Assembly (NCBI GenBank): GCA_902612125.1
Contig: CACMBV010000002.1
Coordinates: 73,282-137,281 of the forward strand
Reading direction: 5' to 3'
Length of the DNA stretch: 64,000 bases
Source: an uncultured Verrucomicrobiota bacterium
GTDB taxonomy: Bacteria; Verrucomicrobiota; Verrucomicrobiia; Opitutales; Seribacteraceae
Shown: one piece after another, positions 1-9,413 of the stretch
Position numbering within the stretch: the stretch's first letter is position 1
Layout of the letters: each line of letters starts with the position of its first letter
Translations under genes and position numbers: made by a program
The notes under the pieces: generated by a model
What the model was told of the DNA's origin: nothing
The model's database searches: none
What the model saw: the letters and a program-made list of their open reading frames with translations, nothing else

Positions 1-550
1 CGCGAACTTTCCAGTTTTCTTTGTGAGCTGAAAAACAATCCCGTCCGGATGCATCGACTACAATGGGTGCACGCAGCTCAAGTTCACCCAAGTCCTTGGA
101 AACTACCTTAACCCCTTTCACTTTATTTTCGGATGATTTGAGCAAGGTCTTGGCTTTGGTTTCCTCCATTACAGTGGCACCGTATTCGCGGGCTTTTTCC
201 ATGATCATTTGATCAAACTCGGAACGCCAGACCTGCCAGGTGGTGGAAGAAGGATGATCAAAATGCTGAAAGAAATAAAACGGTTGCGATAAAAAACCAT
301 CCTGCCTGACAAATTGAACGCAATATTTTCTAGGGTTGGCGGACTCCATCAAAGTATCGACTAGACCAAGCCGCTCGAGCGGGAAGTAACAAAAGGGCAT
401 CAATGACTCACCAACATGGTAGCGAGGAAATTTTTCTTTTTCCACAATCAGAACATCGTGCCCCTTTTCAGCCAGAAGGGCAGCGGTGGATGATCCAGCG
501 GGTCCACCTCCGATTACAATTGCATCGTATTTGTTTTTGAAGGAGATCAT
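1..550 (-). CDS. FAD-dependent halogenase-like oxidoreductase, N-terminal part (runs off the window edge)
   Basis: Not in the ORF track. Manual translation from ATG at 550: MISFKNKYDAIVIGGGPAGSSTAALLAEKGHDVLIVEKEKFPRYHVGESLMPFCY...QVWRSEFD...VVDASGR. GxGxxG, FPRxHxGESL, R..FD and DASG motifs match flavin-dependent halogenase/GG-reductase-like proteins. The WxWxIP motif would lie outside the window. Confidence 0.8.
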   Translation of the reverse strand, partial: MISFKNKYDAIVIGGGPAGSSTAALLAEKGHDVLIVEKEKFPRYHVGESLMPFCYFPLERLGLVDTLMESANPRKYCVQFVRQDGFLSQPFYFFQHFDHPSSTTWQVWRSEFDQMIMEKAREYGATVMEETKAKTLLKSSENKVKGVKVVSKDLGELELRAPIVVDASGRDCFSAHKENWKVR

Positions 551-600
551 GACATTAGTATTCAATTAACATTTACAGGGTTCTCAAACGAGATTTTGTC

Positions 601-1146
601 TTAACATACAGGCAAAATTTCCACAATGCGAGCAATCACTTCCTGATTGAAACCGGTTAGTTGATTACTACGCCCATATAGGTGGTCCGCTTCCACCTGT
701 GAAAATGCTTCCACGATTGGCTCATCCGGAATCACCCGCAAAAACCCCCGGGGCACACTGCTGTAGGGAATTCTATAATCATTGAGGATTCCACCCAAGG
801 GCCGCTGGGCTTCGACAATTTTATCACACACTTCTTCAGGTAAAGCATCCAACTGAATTTCAATCGCCCCGTATTCAGTTGCTTTGCTTGTAAGCTTGGA
901 TTCTAAAATGACTTCGCGGAAATATTTTTTCCCGTTATTTGAACTACGGATAGCTTTTACTTTTTGTTCAGATTCATGATATGTCTCGAGTTTTGAGGTC
1001 ATATCCCCCTCATGCACCAAAAGAGATTGATAAGGTTCCGGCAGTTCAGAAGCATCGATTTGATCATAATTTAGCTTGGGAAGACCCCGGGCACTTCTCA
1101 TAAAGCTCAATGGGTAAAGAATGTCCGGGTAAGTGGCGGTGCTCAT
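601..1146 (-). CDS. Chorismate lyase (UbiC/DUF98)-like protein
   Basis: 181 aa; LLVHEGDMTSKLE, REVIL and PLGGIL segments fit the chorismate pyruvate-lyase fold; 9 bp gap after the radical SAM gene. Confidence 0.6.
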   Translation of the reverse strand: MSTATYPDILYPLSFMRSARGLPKLNYDQIDASELPEPYQSLLVHEGDMTSKLETYHESEQKVKAIRSSNNGKKYFREVILESKLTSKATEYGAIEIQLDALPEEVCDKIVEAQRPLGGILNDYRIPYSSVPRGFLRVIPDEPIVEAFSQVEADHLYGRSNQLTGFNQEVIARIVEILPVC

Positions 1147-1155
1147 GACGCTGAT

Positions 1156-2493
1156 TCAAACATACTTTGCGTCCTGGTGCTCTGGAAGGAAGAATCGATG
1201 CAACATGGAATCAATTCGTAAGAGAGCATCCCGTTTCAGCAACAAATCTCCGCTTTCCTCGTAAAGATCACCCGCGTCCTTCCAATCCGTAAGGATTTCG
1301 CTGAACCTTTCTGTTACATCGACGCAAAACTTTTCCGAAAAATAAGCTGGCCTAACCCGTCCAAGCTTCCATTGCAGAATGAATTCCCGGACAAATCTTT
1401 CATCTTCCGTAGTAAGAAGTGCCCGCCTGACGGCACTCTTTTTTTCTTCCTGAGTCTGGCAGTACTGATCAAAATGAGTCTGGTTCTGATAATGGATTCC
1501 GCCCAGATGCCCAAAGGATGCCACACCCAGAGCGACCATATCAGCCCCCGCCCAAAGACGGTCACGGTATATGAACTTGGTGTTTTCTGGATCCTTGACC
1601 GCGGTGTATGCACTGGTCACTGTATACCCTGCTTTCTCCAGTGCTTCATAAGCCTGCGTCACCCATTTGCGCTTGGTCGGCCAATCCGCCACCGGTGCGG
1701 TGAGCTTGCCCTGTTCTTTCATGGTTTTGAAAATGGTGGTATTGAAGGGCACTTCCATTTGGTAGATGGTGATACAGTCAGGAGAAAGTTCAAGGACCCG
1801 TTCAATGCACTTCTCCCAGTTTTCATCGGTTTCCTCAAGCATGCCTGCAATGAGATCGATGTTAATATTTTGGAAACCAAGATTTCTTGCATGTTCGTAA
1901 GCCCGATAAACTTCACCCGAACGGTGCGCCCGTCCATTCGTTTCCAAAATATGATCGTTGAAATTTTCAATTCCGAGACTCAGACGGGTGACTCCAAAAT
2001 TTTTAATCACTTCGAGTTTCTTCTCCGACAGGGTTCCCGGCTCGCACTCAAAGGTAACTTCCTCCGCTTCGTCCCAGGGAATCAACGCTTTCATCCTGTC
2101 GGTAAGCTCGGTAAGTTGCTGAGCCGATAAATAAGAAGGAGTTCCACCGCCAAAATAAACATATTTAGGTTTTCTGCCGGCGATGTAAGGAGAATTGGCG
2201 TAAGCTTCCAATTCATGTAAAGAGGCGTCTATATAACGGCGTACATCCTGAGAGTTTTTATCGGTGTAGACGCGGAAGTAACAGAAGTGACAGCGTTTCC
2301 GGCAAAAGGGAACATGGTAATAGATTCCAAGGGGTGCTGAACCGGCAGTCGGGCTGTTTAGCATCGACTCAACCATCGGAACCTCATTCTCTCTCCAGAA
2401 GGAAAATGGAGGGTAATTGGAAACGAAATAGTTCCCCGGCTTGGTTTCCGACTTGGTATCCTTGTCGGGCTTAATGATTGTATTTGCACTCAT
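1156..2493 (-). CDS. HemN-like radical SAM enzyme (possible class C methyltransferase)
   Basis: YHVPFCRKRCHFCYF (CxxxCxxC), YFGGGTPS, RLSLGIE, NIDLIAG; HemN/HemW-like architecture inside a biosynthetic-looking operon. Confidence 0.85.
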   Translation of the reverse strand: MSANTIIKPDKDTKSETKPGNYFVSNYPPFSFWRENEVPMVESMLNSPTAGSAPLGIYYHVPFCRKRCHFCYFRVYTDKNSQDVRRYIDASLHELEAYANSPYIAGRKPKYVYFGGGTPSYLSAQQLTELTDRMKALIPWDEAEEVTFECEPGTLSEKKLEVIKNFGVTRLSLGIENFNDHILETNGRAHRSGEVYRAYEHARNLGFQNINIDLIAGMLEETDENWEKCIERVLELSPDCITIYQMEVPFNTTIFKTMKEQGKLTAPVADWPTKRKWVTQAYEALEKAGYTVTSAYTAVKDPENTKFIYRDRLWAGADMVALGVASFGHLGGIHYQNQTHFDQYCQTQEEKKSAVRRALLTTEDERFVREFILQWKLGRVRPAYFSEKFCVDVTERFSEILTDWKDAGDLYEESGDLLLKRDALLRIDSMLHRFFLPEHQDAKYV

Positions 2494-3632
2494 TTTTTCC
2501 CCTTGGTTTCAAAGGCATAAACATTTCCATCCTCACATCCAACGATAATTTTGGTGCCTACAATGGCCGGAGTGGAAGAAATCGGCTCTCCGATTTCATA
2601 GGAAATAATCTCCTGACCGTCATTTTGGGAGACAAGATAAAGCTTCCCGTCCATCGCCCCAAAAACCACCTTCTCATTCGAAATCACGGGAGAACTGTCG
2701 ATTCGCCCCCGGGCTGAAAATCGCCAAACCTGTTTTCCAGTCACCCGGTCAATGCAATGCATTCCCTTGTCCCGCCCTCCGATGAAAATATAATCCGATG
2801 AAAGAGCAGGGGAAGAGAAGTAGGGGAAACTTTTAGGCTTGTAATTCCAGATGATTTCACCTGATTCCAGATTAAAGGCCGTCACTGAACGATCCATATC
2901 TCCAACATATCCAACCCCATCAGCGATTGCTACGGAAGCCGCAATCGGGGCCTCGACTTCAATGGAGCGAACATTTTGGCCGTCTTCCAGGGCAATGACA
3001 TAAAGCATGGCATCGCACCCACCAAAGACGACATATTTTTGATCGTAAATAGTGGGCACCCCGTTAATATAGTTCTGGGCCTCAAACTTCCACAAAAGTT
3101 CACCCGAGTTTGTTTCCACGCAGTAGACAAAATTGTCATAACTCCCCACCACCAAAACATCATCCTTGCTTTTTGGGCGGGTCGCCTGGTTGGCCGCACC
3201 CATAATCTCTCCCATGGTTTCATGTTTCCAATTCAATTTTCCGCTATCCTGACTGATGGCGTATAGAAATCCATCGGTTGACCCAACAACCACCTGACCT
3301 TTGTGCAAGATGGGCGGTGCTTCAATGGCCATTTCTGTTTTGAAAGTCCATTTTTTCTTACCATTTTCAAGCTCAATGGCATGGAGCGTGCCATCATCAG
3401 AACCTACATACGCAGAACCTTTTTCGATCACCACGGACGATTTAAGAAATTCGCCGGTTCCGTAAGTCCAAAGAAGATCAAGTTTGTTTCCCAATTGTGA
3501 TTCGGCTCTTCCTGTGAGTGCTGCATCTCCACGGTGCCTTGGCCAGTCAGCCATTACCGGAAGGGATGAAAGAACAACCAAAAGGTAGAGCAGAACAGAG
3601 TTTCGACGAAATAAATTAACGACCACTTTCAT
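2490..3632 (-). CDS. Exported PQQ-binding-like (BamB-like) beta-propeller protein
   Basis: Signal peptide then DWPRHRGD; about 8 repeats of SSPxx...VGSxDGxLYAxxxxxGxxxW; 4-bp overlap with the next gene. Confidence 0.85.
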   Translation of the reverse strand: MKVVVNLFRRNSVLLYLLVVLSSLPVMADWPRHRGDAALTGRAESQLGNKLDLLWTYGTGEFLKSSVVIEKGSAYVGSDDGTLHAIELENGKKKWTFKTEMAIEAPPILHKGQVVVGSTDGFLYAISQDSGKLNWKHETMGEIMGAANQATRPKSKDDVLVVGSYDNFVYCVETNSGELLWKFEAQNYINGVPTIYDQKYVVFGGCDAMLYVIALEDGQNVRSIEVEAPIAASVAIADGVGYVGDMDRSVTAFNLESGEIIWNYKPKSFPYFSSPALSSDYIFIGGRDKGMHCIDRVTGKQVWRFSARGRIDSSPVISNEKVVFGAMDGKLYLVSQNDGQEIISYEIGEPISSTPAIVGTKIIVGCEDGNVYAFETKGKK

Positions 3633-3634
3633 TT

Positions 3635-4870
3635 CTATACCAAATCCACGCTAATCCTTGGTGCCGGCGAAAAATTTTCAAAAAGCTGCCCATAAAGAAT
3701 TTCAAAATCATCGCATCCAATAGGGCGAGGATTAAAGCCGGCAGTCCATTGCTTAGAAGCGGAGACTGCAAGTTCCGTAATCGCACTTTTTTTGAAATCC
3801 AGACCATGGTGATAGGTCGATATTTTGGCTAAGCGCAAAAGTTCTTCCACCCGGTTGATCAGCGTTTCAGCACCTTCAGCATCTGTACATCCATCATTGC
3901 ATAATCCGGCTACTCGGGCAAAATTGGCGTAGATTTTCCGGCATTCAATCTCTTCCATATTAAATTTCATAATCCAGGGGAGAGCCAACCCGACTGCGAT
4001 TCCATGAATGGTACCATACTTCGCGGTAAGTGGATTCGCCATCGAATGAGCTGCTCCCAGCATGCTTTGCTCGATTGCCGCCCCGGCATGGGATGCACCA
4101 AGTAAAGCTCCGCCCCGGGCCCTGATCTTGTTCGGGTCCTCAAAAACCATCGGAAGTGATTGATTCAAAAGCTGAAATGCTATTCTTGCATGGCGATTGG
4201 AAAGATCACATTTCTTACGGGTAACCGCAGACTCAAGGGCATGGGCCAGCGCATCAATTCCAGTACAAGCAGATACAGAAGCCGGTTGCGATAAAGTAAG
4301 TTCAGGATCAAGCAGGGTGACGGCAGGCAAAGCCTTGGGATCACCACATGCCATTTTGGCATGGGACGCATCATGGGAAATCAAAGCAAATGATTGACAC
4401 TCGCTTCCCGTGCCGGCGGTCGTGGGAATAGCAATTAATGGAAGCATGGGCAATGCGGCTTTTCCGACACCCCAAAAGTCTTCCATTTTTCCTCCATTTG
4501 TGAACAGAAAATTGCAACCCTTAGCCGTGTCCATCGAACTCCCGCCACCGAGGCCGACGATCAGATCAACTTTTGCTCTTTTGGCAACCGACGCACAAAG
4601 ATCTACGCTTGATTCCGTTGGGTTTTCTATGGACTGATCAAATACGGTTACCTCGATCCCTGCATCCTGAATCTGACTTTTTACCCGATCGAGATGACCC
4701 GCTTCACGAATGCCCGCGTCGGAAACCAGCAAAGCATGGGTTCCCAATTCTTTGGCATGTCCACCTACCGAACTTGAGATACCCTCACCAAACAATACTT
4801 TTTGGTGAACTTCCGATCTCCCTTCAAAAAAGGAATTGTTGGAAAATTCCTCCAGAGAAAGGGCATCCAT
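3635..4870 (-). CDS. Iron-containing alcohol dehydrogenase
   Basis: GLGGGSSMDTAK, PTTAGTGSE, DALAHALES, H-x-x-A-N...HG metal ligands. Confidence 0.9.
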   Translation of the reverse strand: MDALSLEEFSNNSFFEGRSEVHQKVLFGEGISSSVGGHAKELGTHALLVSDAGIREAGHLDRVKSQIQDAGIEVTVFDQSIENPTESSVDLCASVAKRAKVDLIVGLGGGSSMDTAKGCNFLFTNGGKMEDFWGVGKAALPMLPLIAIPTTAGTGSECQSFALISHDASHAKMACGDPKALPAVTLLDPELTLSQPASVSACTGIDALAHALESAVTRKKCDLSNRHARIAFQLLNQSLPMVFEDPNKIRARGGALLGASHAGAAIEQSMLGAAHSMANPLTAKYGTIHGIAVGLALPWIMKFNMEEIECRKIYANFARVAGLCNDGCTDAEGAETLINRVEELLRLAKISTYHHGLDFKKSAITELAVSASKQWTAGFNPRPIGCDDFEILYGQLFENFSPAPRISVDLV

Positions 4871-4889
4871 CAGAAACGGAAATTAAAAA

Positions 4890-6323
4890 TCAGGCAGCCA
4901 TGCCGATGGAGCGGCGTTTGTAGAGAAACTCAAACATATTTCCTTCATGGGGTTGATCCCAAGAAATCTTCATGGTTGAAATGGGTCCGATGTTTAAACG
5001 TTCCACGTTGGAAGACGCCAATAGTTGATTTTTGAAAGTCTCATTTGCGGTGATTGCCGTGACCACCAGAGTCGGACCAATTGCCCGTAACATTTCATTT
5101 TGAGGAACTTCCACTACACTTGCGTAGGGACACAGGAATTCACGATTGGAAAGAAGATGTTCCATTGATTCACAATAGGCTATGGTAGGCCTCAGGTAAG
5201 TGCCTCCTTCAGCTTGAACAAGGCGCGGGCCGTCCCGGTAGGGAGCGGTCGCATCAATCGCACCCTTCTCCGCAAGATCGGACTCGAGGGTTTGATCAAT
5301 CCATTCACCCATCTTTGGGTTGGCAAAGCCGGAAAGGACTGCATTGGGGTCATCAACGGGCAATGGTTTCAAGGGTCCCAACCTCTTCCCCAGTGTGTCG
5401 GCTATTTCCTTACCGTATTTGGGAACAATGACTGCGGAGGCGTTCACACAACTTCTTCCCCCATTATCGGAAATCGAAGAAACCATCACATCGATATACT
5501 TCTCCCAGTTTTCAATCTCATCATCCCCGATGAGGATTTTACTAAATCCCGGTCCATGCACCTGTACACCAGGATCGCCGGCATACAAATCGGTGGTGCT
5601 TTTATCACCGAAAATCAGGGCTCTTCCGCAAAGCTTTAGGATATCTCCCGCACCTTCATGATCTGTCGGATAAAAACCAAATGCTTCTTTGGGGCATCCT
5701 GCGGTAATAAATGCCTGCATGAGACGGTAAGGCGTCCAAGGTTCTTCCCGGCCGGGTTTCATGATCACCGGAATCTTTAGTGCGATGGAAGGTAACCATA
5801 AAGAATTGACTGCGGGGGAATTGCTCGGCATGACCAGTCCCAGTGCTTCAGTCGTCGGGTAGAAGCATACGGGGGCTCCCGCTTGCTCTCCATGGCCATT
5901 ATCAAGAATGGAAAAATCAATACCCCGGGTGAGCCCATTAAGAATAAGTTCCAAATGGGTAAGGGCATAGTGAATCTTGTCCATATTGCGTTGGACCATG
6001 ACATGGGGCAGGCCGCTGGTGGATGAGAGCGTTTCTAAATAGTCTCGTGCGGTCTGTTGATGACCTTCATCTCCTAAAGGCAAGGATTCCTTTAAAAAGA
6101 GCTCGCCCGCTCTGGCACTAATATCTATGAGCTCACGAGTGGAAAACTTACTCAGGGCATCCCGGGCTCGACTGATATCACGAAGGTCCCGACGGATGAC
6201 TCCTGCGTTGACCTGACTAAGCGTCGCTTTGACGGAACCGTCGCGATAATCCTTAACTTCTGATTCATTGAAACTACGATAGGGCTTTCCCATTCGCAGG
6301 CATGATATATGTGGTATGCTCAT
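4890..6323 (-). CDS. Aldehyde-dehydrogenase-fold acyl reductase (GriD/EhpG/LuxC-like)
   Basis: MPSNSP, IMKPG, catalytic Cys in NGGRSCVNAS, REFLCP; the usual ELGG is replaced by HGPGFSK; adjacent to an EhpF/GriC-like gene. Confidence 0.75.
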   Translation of the reverse strand: MSIPHISCLRMGKPYRSFNESEVKDYRDGSVKATLSQVNAGVIRRDLRDISRARDALSKFSTRELIDISARAGELFLKESLPLGDEGHQQTARDYLETLSSTSGLPHVMVQRNMDKIHYALTHLELILNGLTRGIDFSILDNGHGEQAGAPVCFYPTTEALGLVMPSNSPAVNSLWLPSIALKIPVIMKPGREEPWTPYRLMQAFITAGCPKEAFGFYPTDHEGAGDILKLCGRALIFGDKSTTDLYAGDPGVQVHGPGFSKILIGDDEIENWEKYIDVMVSSISDNGGRSCVNASAVIVPKYGKEIADTLGKRLGPLKPLPVDDPNAVLSGFANPKMGEWIDQTLESDLAEKGAIDATAPYRDGPRLVQAEGGTYLRPTIAYCESMEHLLSNREFLCPYASVVEVPQNEMLRAIGPTLVVTAITANETFKNQLLASSNVERLNIGPISTMKISWDQPHEGNMFEFLYKRRSIGMAA

Positions 6324-6328
6324 AATAT

Positions 6329-7405
6329 TTAATAGACTCCTTCTACGATTTTTTTCTCCATTGCTCCAAAAGGGCGAACTTCAGCCACGCCATCCCAGGG
6401 TGCTTCATCCCAGGGTTTTCTCCGGAGTGCTTCGTCACGCTCAAGGAAGCGAGGCATAAAAAATTCCTTGGTTAGGGTGGTGAGTTCAACTCTTCCCCAA
6501 GTGTCATAGGCAACCGCCTGATTGGTGTCAGGATTGATGACTCGGAGGACGGCACGTGGTTGGGGAGCATAGTAGGCGATCGAATAATCATTATCCGCAC
6601 TGATGGGATGATGACGAGCCAAGCCCATCAGGGTATTTCCGTAGGTTGGCACAAAGCCTATTTGCCCGCCTTCACAAACCTCTTCGACTAAAAATCTTGC
6701 ATACTGCTTATCCATGGTCGTCCCACCACAAAATACACCCTTTATTCCCGTTTTTACCAAATCCTTCCTTTCGGCCAACGCTTCCAGCAACTTGGGGGTG
6801 GTGAAAAGAGCACTAACACTACGATGCTTGAGTATGGTGAGTGCCTGATCGACCACATGATCCATATAGGCACGGGCTTGATCAAATTGCTTGCCGGCAA
6901 TCAATCGTTTTACCCAGCGGGGATCTAAATCAACAAAATAGCATGAACATCCCCGTTCGTTCGCCAAATGCTCGATGGCAAGTCTAAGACGGCGGGGCCC
7001 GGTTGGCCCGACCATCATCCAGTAGTGATTACGTGGAAAATGTTCATCACTCAGAGTGTCCGAGAAAGCGGTGTAGTCTGTTCGGAAATCATCCCATCCA
7101 ATACGTTGCTTGGGCATGCCGGTCGTGCCTCCGGTTTCGAAAATATTGAAAGGTCGGCCAGCGAAGGCTTGGGGTACCCAGACATCATTAGGGAGATCAC
7201 GAAGCCACTCGTCTTGAAAATTAGGAAATTTCGAGCAGAGGTCACTGAAGTTGGAAACCTCCTCAAGGGGATTCCAGTTTTGCTCTTTGGCCCAGCCCAG
7301 CCAAAAGGGACAACCGGTTTCTGGCGAAAAGTGCCACTTTATGATTTCAGCAACATGAGCGTCCAGTTCGTCTGCCGCGTTCTTCACTTGTTCTTCTTTT
7401 GGCAT
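6329..7405 (-). CDS. EhpF/GriC-like aryl-carboxylate adenylating enzyme (truncated ANL fold)
   Basis: WHFSPETGCPFW N-terminus, P-loop ETGGTTGMPK, YGNT, FLERD; ~360 aa, no C-terminal ANL subdomain. Start placed at ATG 7405 (ORF track uses TTG 7417). Confidence 0.7.
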   Translation of the reverse strand: MPKEEQVKNAADELDAHVAEIIKWHFSPETGCPFWLGWAKEQNWNPLEEVSNFSDLCSKFPNFQDEWLRDLPNDVWVPQAFAGRPFNIFETGGTTGMPKQRIGWDDFRTDYTAFSDTLSDEHFPRNHYWMMVGPTGPRRLRLAIEHLANERGCSCYFVDLDPRWVKRLIAGKQFDQARAYMDHVVDQALTILKHRSVSALFTTPKLLEALAERKDLVKTGIKGVFCGGTTMDKQYARFLVEEVCEGGQIGFVPTYGNTLMGLARHHPISADNDYSIAYYAPQPRAVLRVINPDTNQAVAYDTWGRVELTTLTKEFFMPRFLERDEALRRKPWDEAPWDGVAEVRPFGAMEKKIVEGVY

Positions 7406-7437
7406 AGGAATAATCAATAAAACTTAATTTCAGGAAT

Positions 7438-9147
7438 TCACAATTCGCTCTTTTCAGGGAAAAACTTGGTGAGGGTTTCTTCAGACGGGGGATCTGTAAA
7501 TAAGGAAACCACGATCAAGACCAAGGCAGCAACAACAAAACAAATAGCTGCTGGAACAATCCCAGGGCCCACCATGTATTCTCCCCCGTAGCCAGACTGG
7601 TGAAAATAATAAAGCCATGTTAGGAGGGCGGCGATAATACTGGCTACTGCTCCTTGTTTTGAAGTTCTCTTCCAATAAAGGGCCGCGAAGATCACTGGGA
7701 ATAGAGCAGAGAATCCACTAAAGCACCAAATGGCTAAGTCGAAGACATTCGCGTTTTTCGCAAGCATGGCCAGTCCATAAGTCAAGGCAACGATCACGAC
7801 AATAAAACATCTCGCAATAAAGATTATCTGCTTATCCGAGTAGTTTTTTTCACCTGCACGGTGAATAACAATATCATTGGTAAAAATTGTGCCCAAGCAA
7901 AGAAACTGAGAATCCAGGGATGACATGATTGCGGCCAGAACCCCTGCGGTGAGAAGTCCAATCAAAACGGGGTCTCCAACCAAAAGAGTAAGCATGGCCG
8001 AGAGCACTGCAGGAGGCGGTATGCCCGGAGGCAAAACTCCGCTTGCCCAAGCCCCCACCAGTACGCAAGGAACCCATACGATCATGATACAGAGTGGATG
8101 GGCTATCACGGTAAGTCTGAAAGATTTGGCACTACGGGCAGTCAACCAGTGTTGAAATAAATGGGGAAACATGCCAACACTGAGGGGAATAAAGAGGTAG
8201 GTTACAAAAGTTATAAAGGGAATACCAAGTTCCCGCTCAAAGGGAATAAGCTCCCCGGTCTTCGGGTTTTTCTTTTTAAACTCCACCTTGACGGGTTCAC
8301 GCCAAAAGTGAGGTTGTTGGTCGGAAAGGCTGGGATCCTCAAAATCAACAACCCGGCCCACTGGTTTTGGCGGAACATTTGTTGTGAGTTGTGCTTTCTG
8401 TTTGTCGAATTGATAATCCTGGACCACTAGGCCTTTATCATTAATACGGGCCGGAACTTTACCGGTGTTGTTGACTCCGCCAAGAGCGTTAATGATGAAA
8501 ACGAAAGCCACCAGGCCCATGATCATGAAAACAATGGTTTGAAATGTGTTGGCAAAAGCAGCACCACGTGAACCACCCATGAACACATAGCTTAGAACAA
8601 CCAATGATACCACCAGCCCCGTCAGCCATGGGGGCACGCCACCCAGCCACTGGGGGGCTGTGGGGTTGGTGAATAATGCGGGAAAGGCTCCGGCGGTAAC
8701 CGGTTCGATTGTCTTCCCGGCTCCAATTATACCGATAAGAAGATAAGGAATGATTAAGAGAACTAGAATAGGAAATAGCAAGTAGCCGATCGAGTCAGAT
8801 TCAAAACGGGCTCGGAAGAATTGGATTTGGGTAATGAACCCATGCTTTTTGCCAAAAGCCCACAGTCGAATACCAATCAGAAAAAAGATAGCAGCATGCA
8901 CCAGACCGCTGATCGATGCCATCAGTCCATAAGTGCCTATTCCTCGCTCGAAGGATTTTCCCGTGGAACCGACCAGGGCAAATGCGGTCATGGTCGTGCC
9001 AAATACGCTCATCAACAGGAGAAAGGGTCCAATGCTATGACTTGCCACAAAGTAATCCTTACTGGTTCCCCTGAAAAGTTTATTACTGAAAAATCCCAAA
9101 GCCAGTAACAGGCAAAGGTATCCGACAATTACAATGAGTGTAGTCAT
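7438..9147 (-). CDS. Sodium:solute symporter family transporter
   Basis: About 13 hydrophobic segments; DYFVASHS, TAFALVG, LAAIMSSLDSQ, LYWKR motifs. Confidence 0.92.
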   Translation of the reverse strand: MTTLIVIVGYLCLLLALGFFSNKLFRGTSKDYFVASHSIGPFLLLMSVFGTTMTAFALVGSTGKSFERGIGTYGLMASISGLVHAAIFFLIGIRLWAFGKKHGFITQIQFFRARFESDSIGYLLFPILVLLIIPYLLIGIIGAGKTIEPVTAGAFPALFTNPTAPQWLGGVPPWLTGLVVSLVVLSYVFMGGSRGAAFANTFQTIVFMIMGLVAFVFIINALGGVNNTGKVPARINDKGLVVQDYQFDKQKAQLTTNVPPKPVGRVVDFEDPSLSDQQPHFWREPVKVEFKKKNPKTGELIPFERELGIPFITFVTYLFIPLSVGMFPHLFQHWLTARSAKSFRLTVIAHPLCIMIVWVPCVLVGAWASGVLPPGIPPPAVLSAMLTLLVGDPVLIGLLTAGVLAAIMSSLDSQFLCLGTIFTNDIVIHRAGEKNYSDKQIIFIARCFIVVIVALTYGLAMLAKNANVFDLAIWCFSGFSALFPVIFAALYWKRTSKQGAVASIIAALLTWLYYFHQSGYGGEYMVGPGIVPAAICFVVAALVLIVVSLFTDPPSEETLTKFFPEKSEL

Positions 9148-9180
9148 TTCATAAATTGGAGATTAGCGAATGATCAAAGG

Positions 9181-9396
9181 CTAATCGTGATCATCCGCAA
9201 ATTTCTCCAAGTCATGTGGCCAGGCATACCGGATCGCAAGAAACCCGAGGCACGCACAAGCAATGGAAAAAGCTGCGTGGTAAGCAAGACCTATGGGCAT
9301 AAATCCAAAAATCAGATTTGAGTCCTCCCACCACCAAAAATCTTGATGAAGAAAAAACAGTATTACGAATAGAGCCCAAACGGTTGCTTTTCCCAT
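9181..9396 (-). CDS. Small 2-TM partner of the SSS transporter (DUF3311-like)
   Basis: 71 aa, LHQDFWWW...IFGFMPIGLAYH, directly upstream of the symporter. Confidence 0.75.
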   Translation of the reverse strand: MGKATVWALFVILFFLHQDFWWWEDSNLIFGFMPIGLAYHAAFSIACACLGFLAIRYAWPHDLEKFADDHD

Positions 9397-9413
9397 GGTC
9401 GTCCTCCTCCAAA

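Noticed and set aside
1372-2130. 252-aa plus-strand ORF and the many other short antisense or nested ORFs in the track
   Set aside because: They lie opposite or inside well-supported genes and have no recognisable motifs; treated as shadow ORFs.
1156-2493. Calling the radical SAM gene hemN (heme biosynthesis)
   Set aside because: No heme genes nearby, and it is embedded in a specialised operon; the HemN fold covers many other reactions.
2490-3632. bamB
   Set aside because: No lipobox and no der/hisS/yfgM context; one of several paralogous propellers.
4890-7405. Phenazine biosynthesis or a lux bioluminescence operon
   Set aside because: No phzA-G or luxAB/luxD homologues in the window; only the reductase module is shared.
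9181-9396. RiPP precursor peptide for the radical SAM enzyme
   Set aside because: It is a hydrophobic 2-TM protein typical of SSS partners, and the rSAM shows no SPASM or RRE features.
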